DNA of 64,000 nt from an uncultured Gemmatimonadales bacterium (GCA_963783305.1 CAWAMW010000007.1:448001-512000); one strand, 5' to 3'; counted from the stretch's first letter, positions 1 to 10,136 are shown. Notes: generated by a model from the sequence alone, not told the origin. Numbers and translations are program-made.

Positions 1-2
1 TG

Positions 3-320
3 GAGGTCGATGTGGGCGGCACCGGCGGCACGGCCCGGGTCCGGATCTTCGACGAGCAGGACCGGCTCGTTGGGGAGGTCGATGCGGGGTCCGTGGGCGG
101 TGGACGCCAGACGCTGGCATTGACGGGGCTGGAGTCGCTGGATGATGGCGCGTACCGCTACGAGGTCGAGGTGATCGACTCGGCGGGACAGGAAGTATCC
201 ACCACGAGCCTCGTATCGGGGACCGTGTCGGCGGTGAAGTACGAGATGAACGGTCCGGTCCTCATGATCGGGGCGATGACGATTCCACTCAGCGCTGTCA
301 TCGAAGTCAGCGCCAACTGA
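3..320 (+). CDS. flgD: Flagellar hook capping protein FlgD, C-terminal part (5' truncated by window edge)
   Basis: Ig/Tudor-like FlgD C-terminus (GAYRYEVEV...GTVSAVKYEMNGPVLMIG), directly upstream of flgE. Confidence 0.85.
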   Translation, partial: EVDVGGTGGTARVRIFDEQDRLVGEVDAGSVGGGRQTLALTGLESLDDGAYRYEVEVIDSAGQEVSTTSLVSGTVSAVKYEMNGPVLMIGAMTIPLSAVIEVSAN

Positions 321-334
321 AGGGGCAACACACC

Positions 335-1702
335 ATGATGCGATCGCTCTTCGCCGGCGTGTCCGGCCTGCGCAACCACCAGGTCCGGATGGACGTGATC
401 GGCAACAACATCGCCAACGTGAACACGGTGGCGTTCAAGTCCTCCCGCGTGACGTTCAAGGAAGCGTTCGCCCAGATGGTCCAGGGCGCCAGCCGCCCGG
501 CGGGCAACGCCTCGAGCGTCAGCGGCGGCACCAACCCGATCCAGGTCGGGCTGGGCATGAACATCGGCAGCGTCGATCTCCTGTTCACCCAGGGGAACCT
601 GGAGAACACCGGCGTCACCACCGACCTCGCCATCCAGGGCGACGCGTTCTTCGTCGTCTCCGACGGCCGCAAGAGCTTCTTCACCCGCTCGGGCAACTTC
701 CAGCTCGACGCCGATGGCCGCCTGGTGGCCTCGACCAACGGGTTCGTCGTGCAGGGCCGGGTCCTCAACAACAACGGCGAGCTCTCCGACACCATCGGCG
801 ACATCGTCCTCCCGTTCGGGCAGAAGTCGTCGGCGAAGACCACCACCAGCCTGAAGATCGGCGGCAACCTGGACGCCGAGGTCGCGGCGGGCGAGGACTC
901 CATCCGCGAGACCACCATGGTGGTGTACGACTCCATGGGCGTGGAGCAGGAGCTGAGCATCACCTTCGAGCGCTCCGCGGCCCCGGATACCGTCAGCCTC
1001 CCCGGTGGCACGAGCCAGGGCCAGGTCTGGTCGTATTCGGTCACGGTCGACGGCGCCCCCGTCGATGCGACCGCCGGCGGCACCGGATACGCGGTCTTCG
1101 ACAACGAAGGGCGTCTCCTCCACACGGCTCGCACCGCCGACCTCGCCGGTACACTCCAGGCTGAGATCGACGGCCTCCCTGTGAACGCCGACGGAGATGC
1201 CATCGGGAACGCGGAGCAGTTCGTCACCATGGCCGCCGGCAACGACATCGAGCTCGATTTCGGCGAGCCCCTGGCGATCTCCGGCCTCTCCCAGTTCGCG
1301 GGAGCCTCCACGGCCGTGGCCCGTGAGCAGGACGGCTACACCATGGGCCAGCTCGAGCGGATCGGAATCGACCAGAGCGGCATCATCACCGGTGCCTTCA
1401 CCAACGGCGTCAACCTCACCCTCGGTCAGCTGGTCCTGGCCGACTTCAACAACCCCACCGGCCTGATCCGCGCCGGCGACAACGCCTACACCACGTCCGC
1501 CAACTCCGGCGCCGCCGTCCTCGGGTTCGCCGGCGAGGGCAGCCAGTCGGTCGTGACCTCGGGAGCCCTGGAGATGTCCAATGTCGACCTCGCCCAGGAG
1601 TTCACCAGCATGATCACCGCTCAGCGCGGCTTCCAGTCGAACGCTCGCGTGATCACCTCCTCCGACGAGATGCTCCAGGAGCTGGTCAACCTGAAGCGGT
1701 AG
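335..1702 (+). CDS. flgE: Flagellar hook protein FlgE
   Basis: MMRSLFAGVSGL...IGNNIANVNTVAFK N-terminus; GALEMSNVDLAQEFTSMITAQRGFQSN C-terminus. Confidence 0.96.
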   Translation: MMRSLFAGVSGLRNHQVRMDVIGNNIANVNTVAFKSSRVTFKEAFAQMVQGASRPAGNASSVSGGTNPIQVGLGMNIGSVDLLFTQGNLENTGVTTDLAIQGDAFFVVSDGRKSFFTRSGNFQLDADGRLVASTNGFVVQGRVLNNNGELSDTIGDIVLPFGQKSSAKTTTSLKIGGNLDAEVAAGEDSIRETTMVVYDSMGVEQELSITFERSAAPDTVSLPGGTSQGQVWSYSVTVDGAPVDATAGGTGYAVFDNEGRLLHTARTADLAGTLQAEIDGLPVNADGDAIGNAEQFVTMAAGNDIELDFGEPLAISGLSQFAGASTAVAREQDGYTMGQLERIGIDQSGIITGAFTNGVNLTLGQLVLADFNNPTGLIRAGDNAYTTSANSGAAVLGFAGEGSQSVVTSGALEMSNVDLAQEFTSMITAQRGFQSNARVITSSDEMLQELVNLKR

Positions 1703-1740
1703 GCACGGGGGCGCTCACCGCGCACCCACGATCCCCGGCA

Positions 1741-1772
1741 AGGCCGGATGCCACACCCGTGGCGTCCGGCCT
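1741..1772 (+). terminator. Hairpin after flgE, probable intrinsic terminator
   Basis: aggccggatgccac-accc-gtggcgtccggcct, 14-bp stem with one G-U pair; weak U tract. Confidence 0.6.
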
Positions 1773-2044
1773 CTTCCGTTGGGACCGTTCGGGAGCTCCG
1801 CCGGCGCCCCTTCCGATCCCACCGTCCATCCCGGCAACATCGACCGCCCGAGGTCGGCAGAAGCTTCCCGTGCGCCCTCCGTAGATCTCCCCACTGCGGC
1901 GTGGGGAAACTCCCCACGTGCCGTCGCAGAGCGTTGTGCGACAACGACTTTCAATGGTGGCCTCGAGGGTCGAAACATGGTACGGGACCTGCCCCTGTCG
2001 GAGCCGGAAGATCAATCCAGCACCCGGAACCAGACATACACGAG

Positions 2045-2560
2045 ATGGCGGACGACGAAGTCCTGGATGAGGGGGAGACCCCTGCGGAAGCGGCTCCACG
2101 CGGTGGCGGCCTGGTTGCGAGCGCCATCGTGGTGGGAACCCTCGTGGTGGGAGGGATCCTGGGGTTGATCGTGGTGGGGCCGGCGGCGGCGGAGCGGCTC
2201 TCGGGTGCTTCGGCGGCCTCGGCGGACTCGGCGTCGGAACACGAAGCCGTGGCCGAGGTGGTGGAGAGCTACACGCTGGAGAGCCTCGTACTGAACCCCG
2301 CGGACAGCAAGGGGACGCGTTTCCTGATGGTTTCGGTGGTGGTGACGGTGACGGGCGCTCATGGGGCGGACGTCCTGGGTCAACGGGATGCGGAGATCCG
2401 GGACCTGTTGATGTCGCTGCTGGGAGCGAAGACGGTGGACGAGCTGACCGACGTCCGGATGCGCGCAGGGATCAAGGACGAGATCCGGACGGCGATCGCT
2501 TCGCTGGTCCCCACCCGCGAGGTCCGTGACGTGTACCTCCCGACCTTCGTGATCCAGTAG
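2045..2560 (+). CDS. fliL: Flagellar basal body-associated protein FliL
   Basis: N-terminal TM helix, LVLNPADSKGTRFL, EIRDLL, DVYLPTFVIQ; start moved to ATG 2045. Confidence 0.92.
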   Translation: MADDEVLDEGETPAEAAPRGGGLVASAIVVGTLVVGGILGLIVVGPAAAERLSGASAASADSASEHEAVAEVVESYTLESLVLNPADSKGTRFLMVSVVVTVTGAHGADVLGQRDAEIRDLLMSLLGAKTVDELTDVRMRAGIKDEIRTAIASLVPTREVRDVYLPTFVIQ

Positions 2561-3562
2561 ATGAGCAACCAGGCGCTGTCCCAGGACGAGATCGACGCGC
2601 TGTTCAAGGGCGGACCGGAGGAGCCGGCCGCCCCGCCCCCGCACCGGAGCGAGCCGGAAGCGCGCCTGTACGATTTCCGGCGTCCCAGCCGCGTGTCGAA
2701 GGACCGGCAGCGCACGCTCGAGGGCATGTATGGCGCGTTGACGAAGGCGACGGAGGGGTGGCTCGCCAGTCGGGTGCGCGCGCAGGTCGAAGTTCACCTC
2801 AAGGCGGTAGAGCAGCTCACGTTCGGCGAGTTCGTCCTGTCGCTCCCCGACCCGTGTGCCTCGTTCGTTTTCAACATCGGCGCTCCGGGCGGACCCCAGG
2901 CGGTGATCGACATCGGCCGGGAGTTCGCGTTCTACTCGGTCGAGCGATTTCTCGGGAGCTCGACGGAGATGTACGTGCCGGACCGAACCCTGACGGTCCT
3001 GGAGCGGCGGGTAGTGCGCATCGTGGCCGAGCGGCTGGCCGGTCAGGTCCGTGAAATCTGGTCGGACCACGCGAACATCGATCTACGCCTGGCCCGGTTC
3101 GAGGCCGTGCCCGACATGCTGCAGGCCGCCAACCGCGAGGACCCGATGCTCGTGGCCAACCTCGAGGTTCGGTTCAAGGGCTACACGAGCGCGGTCCTGA
3201 TCTGTCTTCCGTTCACGGTCCTGGACGAGTTCTTCGCCACGACGGCCAGCGTCCGGGTTCGAAACAGCACTGCCGGGGAGAGGGAGAGTCAGGCGGACCG
3301 CACCGGCATTACGGCGAGCCTGCGATGGGCCTCCGTGCCCGTGGCCGTCCGCCTGCCGTCGTTCGAGTTGACTCTGAGGGATGTGACCCAGCTGCGGCCT
3401 GGCGGGACCCTGGTCACCGGGATATCCAGGACCGCGCAGGTGGACGTGATGATCGGCGGACGGACCCGCTACACCGGGTTCGTGGGAACGACCAACGATG
3501 CGCTGGCCGTGCAGATTCTGGACACGGTCCAGCAGGGCGAAGAGGAGGAGGAGAATGTCTGA
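2561..3562 (+). CDS. fliM: Flagellar motor switch protein FliM
   Basis: LSQDEIDAL CheY-binding motif, YDFRRPSRVSKD, C-terminal SpoA-like domain. Confidence 0.95.
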   Translation: MSNQALSQDEIDALFKGGPEEPAAPPPHRSEPEARLYDFRRPSRVSKDRQRTLEGMYGALTKATEGWLASRVRAQVEVHLKAVEQLTFGEFVLSLPDPCASFVFNIGAPGGPQAVIDIGREFAFYSVERFLGSSTEMYVPDRTLTVLERRVVRIVAERLAGQVREIWSDHANIDLRLARFEAVPDMLQAANREDPMLVANLEVRFKGYTSAVLICLPFTVLDEFFATTASVRVRNSTAGERESQADRTGITASLRWASVPVAVRLPSFELTLRDVTQLRPGGTLVTGISRTAQVDVMIGGRTRYTGFVGTTNDALAVQILDTVQQGEEEEENV

Positions 3563-3902
3563 ACCATCCGAGATGGCGGCCGGCACGGCCATGCAGGAAG
3601 CGGCGTCGGTGGCCGAGTTTGCGGAGATCCAGGAGGCCGAGGGCCCCGCCCACGAGGGTCCGCTCTCGATGCTGTACGACCTCACCATGCCCATCGCCAT
3701 TGAGCTGGGCCGGACGAAAATGACCGTCCAGGAGTTGCTGACGCTGGGCCGCGGCTCGGTGATCCACCTCGACCGGCTCGCGGGCGAGCCCATGGATGTG
3801 TACGTGGGCGATCGCCGGTTCGCGGAGGGTGAAGTCGTGGTGATCGGAGAGCAGTTCGGGATCCGGATCACCCGCGTGCTGTCCCAGGAAAGCAGGGCCT
3901 AG
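3555..3902 (+). CDS. fliN: Flagellar motor switch protein FliN
   Basis: IELGRTKMTVQELLTLGRGSVIHLDRLAGEP...GEVVVIGEQFGIRIT. Confidence 0.95.
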   Translation: MSEPSEMAAGTAMQEAASVAEFAEIQEAEGPAHEGPLSMLYDLTMPIAIELGRTKMTVQELLTLGRGSVIHLDRLAGEPMDVYVGDRRFAEGEVVVIGEQFGIRITRVLSQESRA

Positions 3903-3910
3903 GCAGCCGC

Positions 3911-5101
3911 ATGACGCCGGCCTCTCTCTTCCTGGTCCTCGGGGCGCTCAGCCTCGTCCTCGCGCTGATCGCCCTGGGCGTTCGGCTGCTGAAGGGCGCG
4001 GGCGTGGCTCACGCTGACACGGTCCCGATGCGTGTGGTGGGGCGCGTGGGCCTGGGTCCGCGGCAGGGACTGGCCACCGTTCGCGTGGGCCGGCGCCTCA
4101 TGGTGGTATCCGTGGGCGAGGGCGGGGTGCGGCACGTCTGCGACATGGAACCCGACGGAGCGCTGGCCGAGTCGGCCACCACCGACTCGCTCGACGCCGG
4201 CCCCGCGCACAGCGTGATCCCGGGACCCTGGCGGCGCCTGATCCGGGCGGGAGGAGGGGCGCTCGTGCTGGCGCTGCTGCTCGCAGGACCCGGAGCGTCC
4301 GGGGCGGCCGCGCAGGGGGTCGCCCCCCCGGCCGTGGGCTCCGCCCCAGCGGGCGGACAGGGCGTCGGCGTGCAGGACGTGTCGCCCGGGGAGGCACCCG
4401 CGCCGGACGCCCTCTCAGCGCTCAGTGATGCGCTCCCGGACATGCAGCTCGCGGTGGGCGACGAGGAGGGGCTCCGGCTGTCGGGAACGGTGGGGACCGT
4501 TCTCGTCATCGGGCTCCTCGCCATGCTGCCCACGCTCCTGCTCCTCATGACCAGCTTCACCCGGATCCTGGTGGTGCTGCACTTCCTCCGGCAGGCGCTC
4601 GGGACGCAGACGGCGCCGCCCACGCAGATGATCGCGGCGCTCGCGCTCCTGCTCACCGCATTCGTCATGGCGCCGACCCTGGGACGTGTGAATGAGACCG
4701 CGATCCGGCCGTGGACGGACGGGCAGATGGACGAGGTCGCCATGATGGCCGCGGCCGCCGGACCCTTCCGGGAGTTCATGGCCATCCACGTTCGGGAGTC
4801 GGACCTGGCCACGTTCGTGAACATGTCCACGGCGCCTGCGCCCCAGACCATCGACGACGTGCCGCTCATCACGCTCGTCTCGGCGTTCGCCATCAGCGAG
4901 CTCCGCACCGCGTTCCAGATCGGGTTCGTCCTGTTCCTGCCGTTCCTGGTCATCGACCTGGTGGTGGCGGCGGTCCTCATGAGCCTGGGCATGTTCATGC
5001 TGCCTCCGGTCATGGTCTCGCTCCCGTTCAAGCTGCTGCTCTTCGTGCTCGTGGACGGCTGGGCGCTCGTGATCCAGAGCCTCGTGGCGAGCTTCGGGTG
5101 A
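3911..5101 (+). CDS. fliP: FliO-FliP fusion (flagellar export gate)
   Basis: N-terminal FliO-like TM plus MRVVGRVGLGPRQGLATVRVGRRLMVVSVG; C-terminal FliP (MTSFTRILVVLHFLRQALG, AFQIGF, LPFKLLLFVLVDGW) in one frame. Confidence 0.9.
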   Translation: MTPASLFLVLGALSLVLALIALGVRLLKGAGVAHADTVPMRVVGRVGLGPRQGLATVRVGRRLMVVSVGEGGVRHVCDMEPDGALAESATTDSLDAGPAHSVIPGPWRRLIRAGGGALVLALLLAGPGASGAAAQGVAPPAVGSAPAGGQGVGVQDVSPGEAPAPDALSALSDALPDMQLAVGDEEGLRLSGTVGTVLVIGLLAMLPTLLLLMTSFTRILVVLHFLRQALGTQTAPPTQMIAALALLLTAFVMAPTLGRVNETAIRPWTDGQMDEVAMMAAAAGPFREFMAIHVRESDLATFVNMSTAPAPQTIDDVPLITLVSAFAISELRTAFQIGFVLFLPFLVIDLVVAAVLMSLGMFMLPPVMVSLPFKLLLFVLVDGWALVIQSLVASFG

Positions 5102-5111
5102 GGGTGCAACC

Positions 5112-5381
5112 ATGCCGATGAACCTCGTCCTCGACCTGACGCGCGACGCGCTCTTCCAGACGCTACTGCTGGCCGGGCCCCTCCTGGGCGTCTCCCTCGT
5201 GGTTGGGCTCATCATCGCCATTGTCCAGGCCGTGACCCAGATCCAGGAGCAGACCCTCACGTTCGTCCCCAAGCTCGTGGCCGTGGGACTCACGCTCATG
5301 TTCCTCTTCTCCTGGATGCTCAATTCCGCCGTCCGCTACACGCGGGAGCTGATCATGGGGATCGCGGGGCTCGGCACGTGA
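5112..5381 (+). CDS. fliQ: Flagellar export protein FliQ
   Basis: QAVTQIQEQTLTFVPKL motif, 89 aa. Confidence 0.95.
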   Translation: MPMNLVLDLTRDALFQTLLLAGPLLGVSLVVGLIIAIVQAVTQIQEQTLTFVPKLVAVGLTLMFLFSWMLNSAVRYTRELIMGIAGLGT

Positions 5382-6133
5382 GCGTTCTGACCCTCGGACT
5401 GGGCGGCGCCGCCCTCGTGGCCATGCGCGTGACGGGGCTCATGCTCATCGCGCCGGTCTTTTCGAGCCGCGCCATCCCCGGGGCCGTGCGTGTGGGCCTG
5501 GTCCTCGCCCTCACCGCTTTCCTGGTCCCGGGCGTGAGCGGTGTGGAGCCCTCGCTCTCCGGCATGGCCACGGAGCTCGTGGTGGGCGTGGTCATCGGCC
5601 TCGGCGCCGCGTTCGTGATCGCGGCCGCCGAGTTTGCGGGCGACCTTCTGGCCGTCCAGATCGGCCTCTCCGGGGCGTCGACGCTGGACGTGATGAATCA
5701 GACCTCGCTGCCCGTTCTGGGTCAGTTCACACAGCTGTTCATGATCATGCTTCTCCTCGCCTTCGACGGCCACCTCCTCATGGTGGGGGCGCTCCAGGAG
5801 AGCTTCACCACCATCCCGGCCGGCGGCGCCCTCGATCTGGCGGCTGGACTCCCCGGGATCGTTCTGGCGGGCAGCGTGGTGTTCGCCCGGGGGCTCCAGT
5901 TCGCCGCACCGGTCGTGGCGGCCATCACCCTGACCAACGTCGGGCTCGGTGTTCTCGCCCGCACGGTGCCGCAGCTGAACGTCCTCATGATGGCGTTCCC
6001 GATCCAGATCGCGCTCGGGCTCGCCACCCTGGGGCTCACGCTCCCCCACATCGCGGTGGGTCAGAGCGACTGGGCCGTCGGCTACCTCGCGTGGCTCGAG
6101 CAGGCCCTGTCAGGGCTCCAGGGAGGTCGCTGA
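5378..6133 (+). CDS. fliR: Flagellar export protein FliR
   Basis: Polytopic membrane protein, RTVPQLNVLMMAFPIQI; lies between fliQ and flhB. Confidence 0.93.
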   Translation: MSVLTLGLGGAALVAMRVTGLMLIAPVFSSRAIPGAVRVGLVLALTAFLVPGVSGVEPSLSGMATELVVGVVIGLGAAFVIAAAEFAGDLLAVQIGLSGASTLDVMNQTSLPVLGQFTQLFMIMLLLAFDGHLLMVGALQESFTTIPAGGALDLAAGLPGIVLAGSVVFARGLQFAAPVVAAITLTNVGLGVLARTVPQLNVLMMAFPIQIALGLATLGLTLPHIAVGQSDWAVGYLAWLEQALSGLQGGR

Positions 6134-6134
6134 C

Positions 6135-7217
6135 ATGTCCGACGGCAGCTTCCAGGAGAAGACCGAGGCCCCGACTCCGCGGAAACGGCAGGAGGCGCGC
6201 ACCGAGGGGCAGGTCCCGCGCAGCCAGGAGCTCACGACGGCGATCATGCTTCTCGCCGGCGGCGGTGTCGTGGCCGTGGCGGGCGCACCGCTGGGAGCCG
6301 CGTGCGGCGATATGCTGCGAGCGCTGGTCCTCGCCAGCTCTACTCCACCCTCGACCGTGGAGGACGCCCGCGCCCTCTTCTCGGTTCTGGGCGGGAACAT
6401 GGCGGCCGCGCTGGTGCCGGTGCTGGGCATCCTCGCCGCCACGGCCGGCTCGGTGGCGGCTCTTCAGGCGCGGGGCGTCCTCACCACGAAGCCCCTCATG
6501 CCCAAGTTCGAGCGGATCGCCCCCCATTCGAACATCAAGCGGATGTACGGGGTGAAGCCCTGGGCGGACCTGGCGAAGTCGCTGCTCAAGCTCACGGTCA
6601 TCGGCGTGGTGCTCTATCCGGTGATGAGAGATGCCCTCGCGGAGGTGGGTGAGCTGGCCACCCGATCGCCCGTGGCGCTCGCGGAGCTGATCCAGCGGCA
6701 GGCGGTACGGCTGCTGGTGTCCGCCGGGCTGGCGTACCTGGTCGTCGCGCTCGCCGACTACGCCTACCAGCTCTGGCAGCACGAGAAGCAGCTGAAGATG
6801 AGCAAGGAGGAGGTGAAGCGGGAGCAGAAGGAGCAGGATGGGGATTCCATGCTGAAGGCGCGGCGCAGGAGCATGGGCCGGGAGCGGGCGCGGCAGCGGA
6901 TGTTCGACCGGCTGCCGGGCGCCGACCTGATCGTCACCAACCCCACGCACATCGCCGTGGCGCTGCGGTACCGGCCGGAGGAATCGCCGGCACCCATCAT
7001 CGTGGCCATGGGCGAGCGGAAGGTGGCGGAGCGTATCAAGGCCATGGGCCGGGATCTCGGGATCCCCGTGCTTGAGAACAAGCCCCTCGCGCGTGCGCTT
7101 CTGGCCGCCGGAGCGGTTGGGGCCGCGATCCCCACCGAGCTCTACGTGGCGGTGGCCGAGGTGCTGGCCTTCGTGATCCGCCAGCGCAAGGCCGCGGGCC
7201 TCTCGGAGGTGGTCTGA
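6135..7217 (+). CDS. flhB: Flagellar export protein FlhB
   Basis: EKTEAPTPRK N-terminus; NPTH autocleavage motif. Confidence 0.96.
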   Translation: MSDGSFQEKTEAPTPRKRQEARTEGQVPRSQELTTAIMLLAGGGVVAVAGAPLGAACGDMLRALVLASSTPPSTVEDARALFSVLGGNMAAALVPVLGILAATAGSVAALQARGVLTTKPLMPKFERIAPHSNIKRMYGVKPWADLAKSLLKLTVIGVVLYPVMRDALAEVGELATRSPVALAELIQRQAVRLLVSAGLAYLVVALADYAYQLWQHEKQLKMSKEEVKREQKEQDGDSMLKARRRSMGRERARQRMFDRLPGADLIVTNPTHIAVALRYRPEESPAPIIVAMGERKVAERIKAMGRDLGIPVLENKPLARALLAAGAVGAAIPTELYVAVAEVLAFVIRQRKAAGLSEVV

Positions 7218-9307
7218 TGTCCGCCGTGGCCGGAGCCCTCGAGCTGGCGCAGCCGCGCTGGCGCAGCGCCGCGGAGGCCGGCCTCGTGGTGGGCATCGTG
7301 GGCATCATCGCCCTCCTGGTCGTGCCGCTCCCGCCGCTCCTGCTGGACCTGCTCCTCGCCCTCAGCATCGCGGCGTCACTCCTGGTCCTGCTGGTGGCGC
7401 TCAACACGATTGACCCGCTGGAATTCAGCGTCTTTCCGGTGGTCCTGCTCCTCATGACGCTGTTCCGCCTTGCGCTGAACGTCAGCAGTACCCGGCTCAT
7501 CCTGGGGGAGGGGAGCGCGGGGGCGGTGATCGAGGCGTTCGGCGCCTTCGTCGTCGGGGGGAACTACGCGGTGGGGATCGTCGTCTTCCTGATCCTGGTG
7601 GCGATCAACTTCATCGTCATCACGAAGGGCGCGGGGCGCGTGGCCGAGGTGGGGGCGCGCTTCACCCTGGACGCCATGCCCGGCCGGCAGATGAGCATCG
7701 ATGCCGACCTGAGCGCCGGCCTCATCGACGATCAGGAGGCACGCCGGCAGCGCGACAAGATCTCCCGGGAGGCCGATTTCTACGGCGCCATGGACGGTGC
7801 CGCCAAGTTCGTCCGCGGTGACGCCATCGCGGGGCTCCTGATCACCGCCATCAACATCCTCGGCGGCCTTTTCGTGGGGGTGGTGCAGCGCGGGATGCCC
7901 GCCGGCCAGGCCCTCACTGAGTACACCCTTCTGACCGTCGGCGACGGCCTGGTCACCCAGATCCCCGCCCTCATCGTCAGCACCGCCGCCGGGATCATGG
8001 TCACCCACTCGGCGGGCGAGTCCCGCGTGGGCGCCGCGCTCCTCCGGCAGGTGGGACGGCACCCCACCGCCATGTGGATCTCCAGCGGATTCCTCGCCAC
8101 CCTCGGGCTCATGCCGGGGCTGCCCTTCCTGCCCTTCCTCCTGCTCGCCGCGGGCGGCGCCGGTCTCGCGTACGGCATGGGGGAGCAGCAGAAGGCGGAG
8201 GTGGCCCATCGCGATGCCGAGTTCCACCGTGCCGAGGAGGAGCCGCTCCCGCCCGACGACCCGGTGCAGGACCTGATCCAGACCGACCCCGTCGAGCTCC
8301 AGCTGGGATACGGCCTCATCGGGCTCGTCGACCAGGAGCAGGGCGGCGACCTCCTGGAGCGGATCCGACTCCTGCGCAAGCAGGCCGCCCAGGAGCTGGG
8401 CGTGCTCATCCCACCGATCCGGATCCGTGACGACGCGCGACTCGACACCTCCGAGTACGTCGTCCGGGTACGGGGCACCGAGGTCACCCGGTGGCAGCTC
8501 GTGCCGCGCCACCTCCTGGCTCTCGACACGGGTGGCGTCATCGAGCCGGTCCAGGGGATCGAGACCCACGACCCCAGCTTCGGCATGCCCGCCCGCTGGA
8601 TCGCGCAGCGGGAACGGGCGGACGCGGAGGCCAGCGGCTACGTGGTGGTGGAGCCGCCCACGGTGGTGGCCACGCACCTCATGGAGACGCTCAAGAACAG
8701 CGGTGCGGATCTGCTCGGCCGCCAGGACGTCCGCGAGATGCTCGACCGGCTCAAGGTCACGCACCCGGCCCTGGTGGAGGACGTGGTGCCGAACCGTCTC
8801 GGCCTCGGCGTGATCCACCGCGTGCTCCAGCGGCTGCTGAAGGAGCGGATCCCGATCCGTGACCTGGTCACGATCCTGGAGAGCCTCGCCGACGCGGCCG
8901 ACCGAACGCAGGACCCCGAGGCCCTCAACGAGCACGTCCGTGGAGCCCTCTCCCACGTCATCGGCGATATGTACGCCGACGCCGACGGCGAGGTCCGGGG
9001 GATCGCCATGGGGCCGAAGCTCGAGGCCGCGCTCATGGGCTTCTTCTCCCCGCGCCAGGGCAGTGCCGGCGCCATGATGCGCCCCGACACGCTGACTCGC
9101 GTCCTGCGCCAGATCGACCGACTGACGAGGGAGCACGCCTCCGATGGCGCGCTCCCCCCCGTGGTCACGCCCCCCGGGCTGCGCGTGGGCGTCCGCCGTC
9201 TCCTGGAGCCCGTGCTCCCGAAGGTCCCGGTGATATCGCTGTCCGAGCTCCCGGCCAGCATCACCCTCACGACGATCGCTGTATGGGAGTTGACCGATGA
9301 AGCTTGA
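7217..9307 (+). CDS. flhA: Flagellar export protein FlhA
   Basis: RVAEVGARFTLDAMPGRQMSIDADL, FYGAMDGAAKFVRGDAIAG. Confidence 0.97.
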   Translation: MSAVAGALELAQPRWRSAAEAGLVVGIVGIIALLVVPLPPLLLDLLLALSIAASLLVLLVALNTIDPLEFSVFPVVLLLMTLFRLALNVSSTRLILGEGSAGAVIEAFGAFVVGGNYAVGIVVFLILVAINFIVITKGAGRVAEVGARFTLDAMPGRQMSIDADLSAGLIDDQEARRQRDKISREADFYGAMDGAAKFVRGDAIAGLLITAINILGGLFVGVVQRGMPAGQALTEYTLLTVGDGLVTQIPALIVSTAAGIMVTHSAGESRVGAALLRQVGRHPTAMWISSGFLATLGLMPGLPFLPFLLLAAGGAGLAYGMGEQQKAEVAHRDAEFHRAEEEPLPPDDPVQDLIQTDPVELQLGYGLIGLVDQEQGGDLLERIRLLRKQAAQELGVLIPPIRIRDDARLDTSEYVVRVRGTEVTRWQLVPRHLLALDTGGVIEPVQGIETHDPSFGMPARWIAQRERADAEASGYVVVEPPTVVATHLMETLKNSGADLLGRQDVREMLDRLKVTHPALVEDVVPNRLGLGVIHRVLQRLLKERIPIRDLVTILESLADAADRTQDPEALNEHVRGALSHVIGDMYADADGEVRGIAMGPKLEAALMGFFSPRQGSAGAMMRPDTLTRVLRQIDRLTREHASDGALPPVVTPPGLRVGVRRLLEPVLPKVPVISLSELPASITLTTIAVWELTDEA

Positions 9308-10136
9308 GACCTTTTCCGGGGCAAGCATGCCCGCGGTGCTGCGCCTCGTACGCGCGGCGCTGGGTGAGGAAGCGATGATTGTGCATACCAGCAGGGAAAA
9401 CAGGGACGGCCGCGAGCAGGTCAGGGTGGTGGCCGCCGCCGCACACGATGTGATGCCCCTCAGGGCCAGGCTCGAGCGCGGTCCGAGCATGACCACGTTC
9501 GACGGTCCGGCCGCCGGCAAGCGGGCGCGTCCGCACGTGATCGCGCTCGTCGGTCCCACGGGGGCGGGGAAGACCACGACCGCCGCCAAGCTCGCGCTCC
9601 ACGCCGACGCCTTCGGTCGCCAGCGAGTCGGGTTCCTGGCACTGGACACCTACAGGGTCGCCGCGCTCGAGCAGCTGCAGACGTACGCTGACATTATCGG
9701 CGCGCCCATGGAAGTGGCCTATCACGCCGGCGACGTGGAGCCGGCCATGGCGGCCCTGGCCTCGTGCGAGGTGGTGATCGTCGACGCCCCCGGCCGGAGC
9801 CCCATCCACCGCAGCTTCCTGCAGTGGCGGGGTGCACTGACCCGCGCCCGGCCCCACGAGACCCACCTGGTGCTCCCGGCCACCATTCACCCCGCGGCGG
9901 GTCGAGCCCACAAGAGCGGCTACGGGGATTGCGGGCTGACGCACCTGCTGGTGACCAAGCTCGATGAAATGCCCGAGGCGGGCGGTGTGCTGGAGCTCGC
10001 CGAGAAGGTCGATCTCCCGGTCCGCTGGACCACCGACGGACAGGACGTCCCCGGCGACCTCAACCGCGGCGGTGGTGGACTCCTGACGTCAGCCACGCGC
10101 GCCGCCGAAGAAGTCCGGGCGAGGCTGGCGGGATGA
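9297..10136 (+). CDS. flhF: SRP-family GTPase FlhF (short form)
   Basis: GPTGAGKTTTAAKLA, DTYRVAA, TKLDE, GQDVP; follows flhA. Confidence 0.9.
   Translation: MKLETFSGASMPAVLRLVRAALGEEAMIVHTSRENRDGREQVRVVAAAAHDVMPLRARLERGPSMTTFDGPAAGKRARPHVIALVGPTGAGKTTTAAKLALHADAFGRQRVGFLALDTYRVAALEQLQTYADIIGAPMEVAYHAGDVEPAMAALASCEVVIVDAPGRSPIHRSFLQWRGALTRARPHETHLVLPATIHPAAGRAHKSGYGDCGLTHLLVTKLDEMPEAGGVLELAEKVDLPVRWTTDGQDVPGDLNRGGGGLLTSATRAAEEVRARLAG

Noticed and set aside
1703..2044. c-di-GMP riboswitch or sigma54 promoter before fliL
   Set aside because: No recognisable GEMM motif and no TGGCAC-N5-TTGC; the sigma28-like TTCA..GTCGAAAC match is weak
7376..9649. 757-aa minus-strand ORF and similar long antisense ORFs (13907-15943, 43803-46067, 46744-48780)
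   Set aside because: Antisense to well-supported genes; explained by GC3 bias
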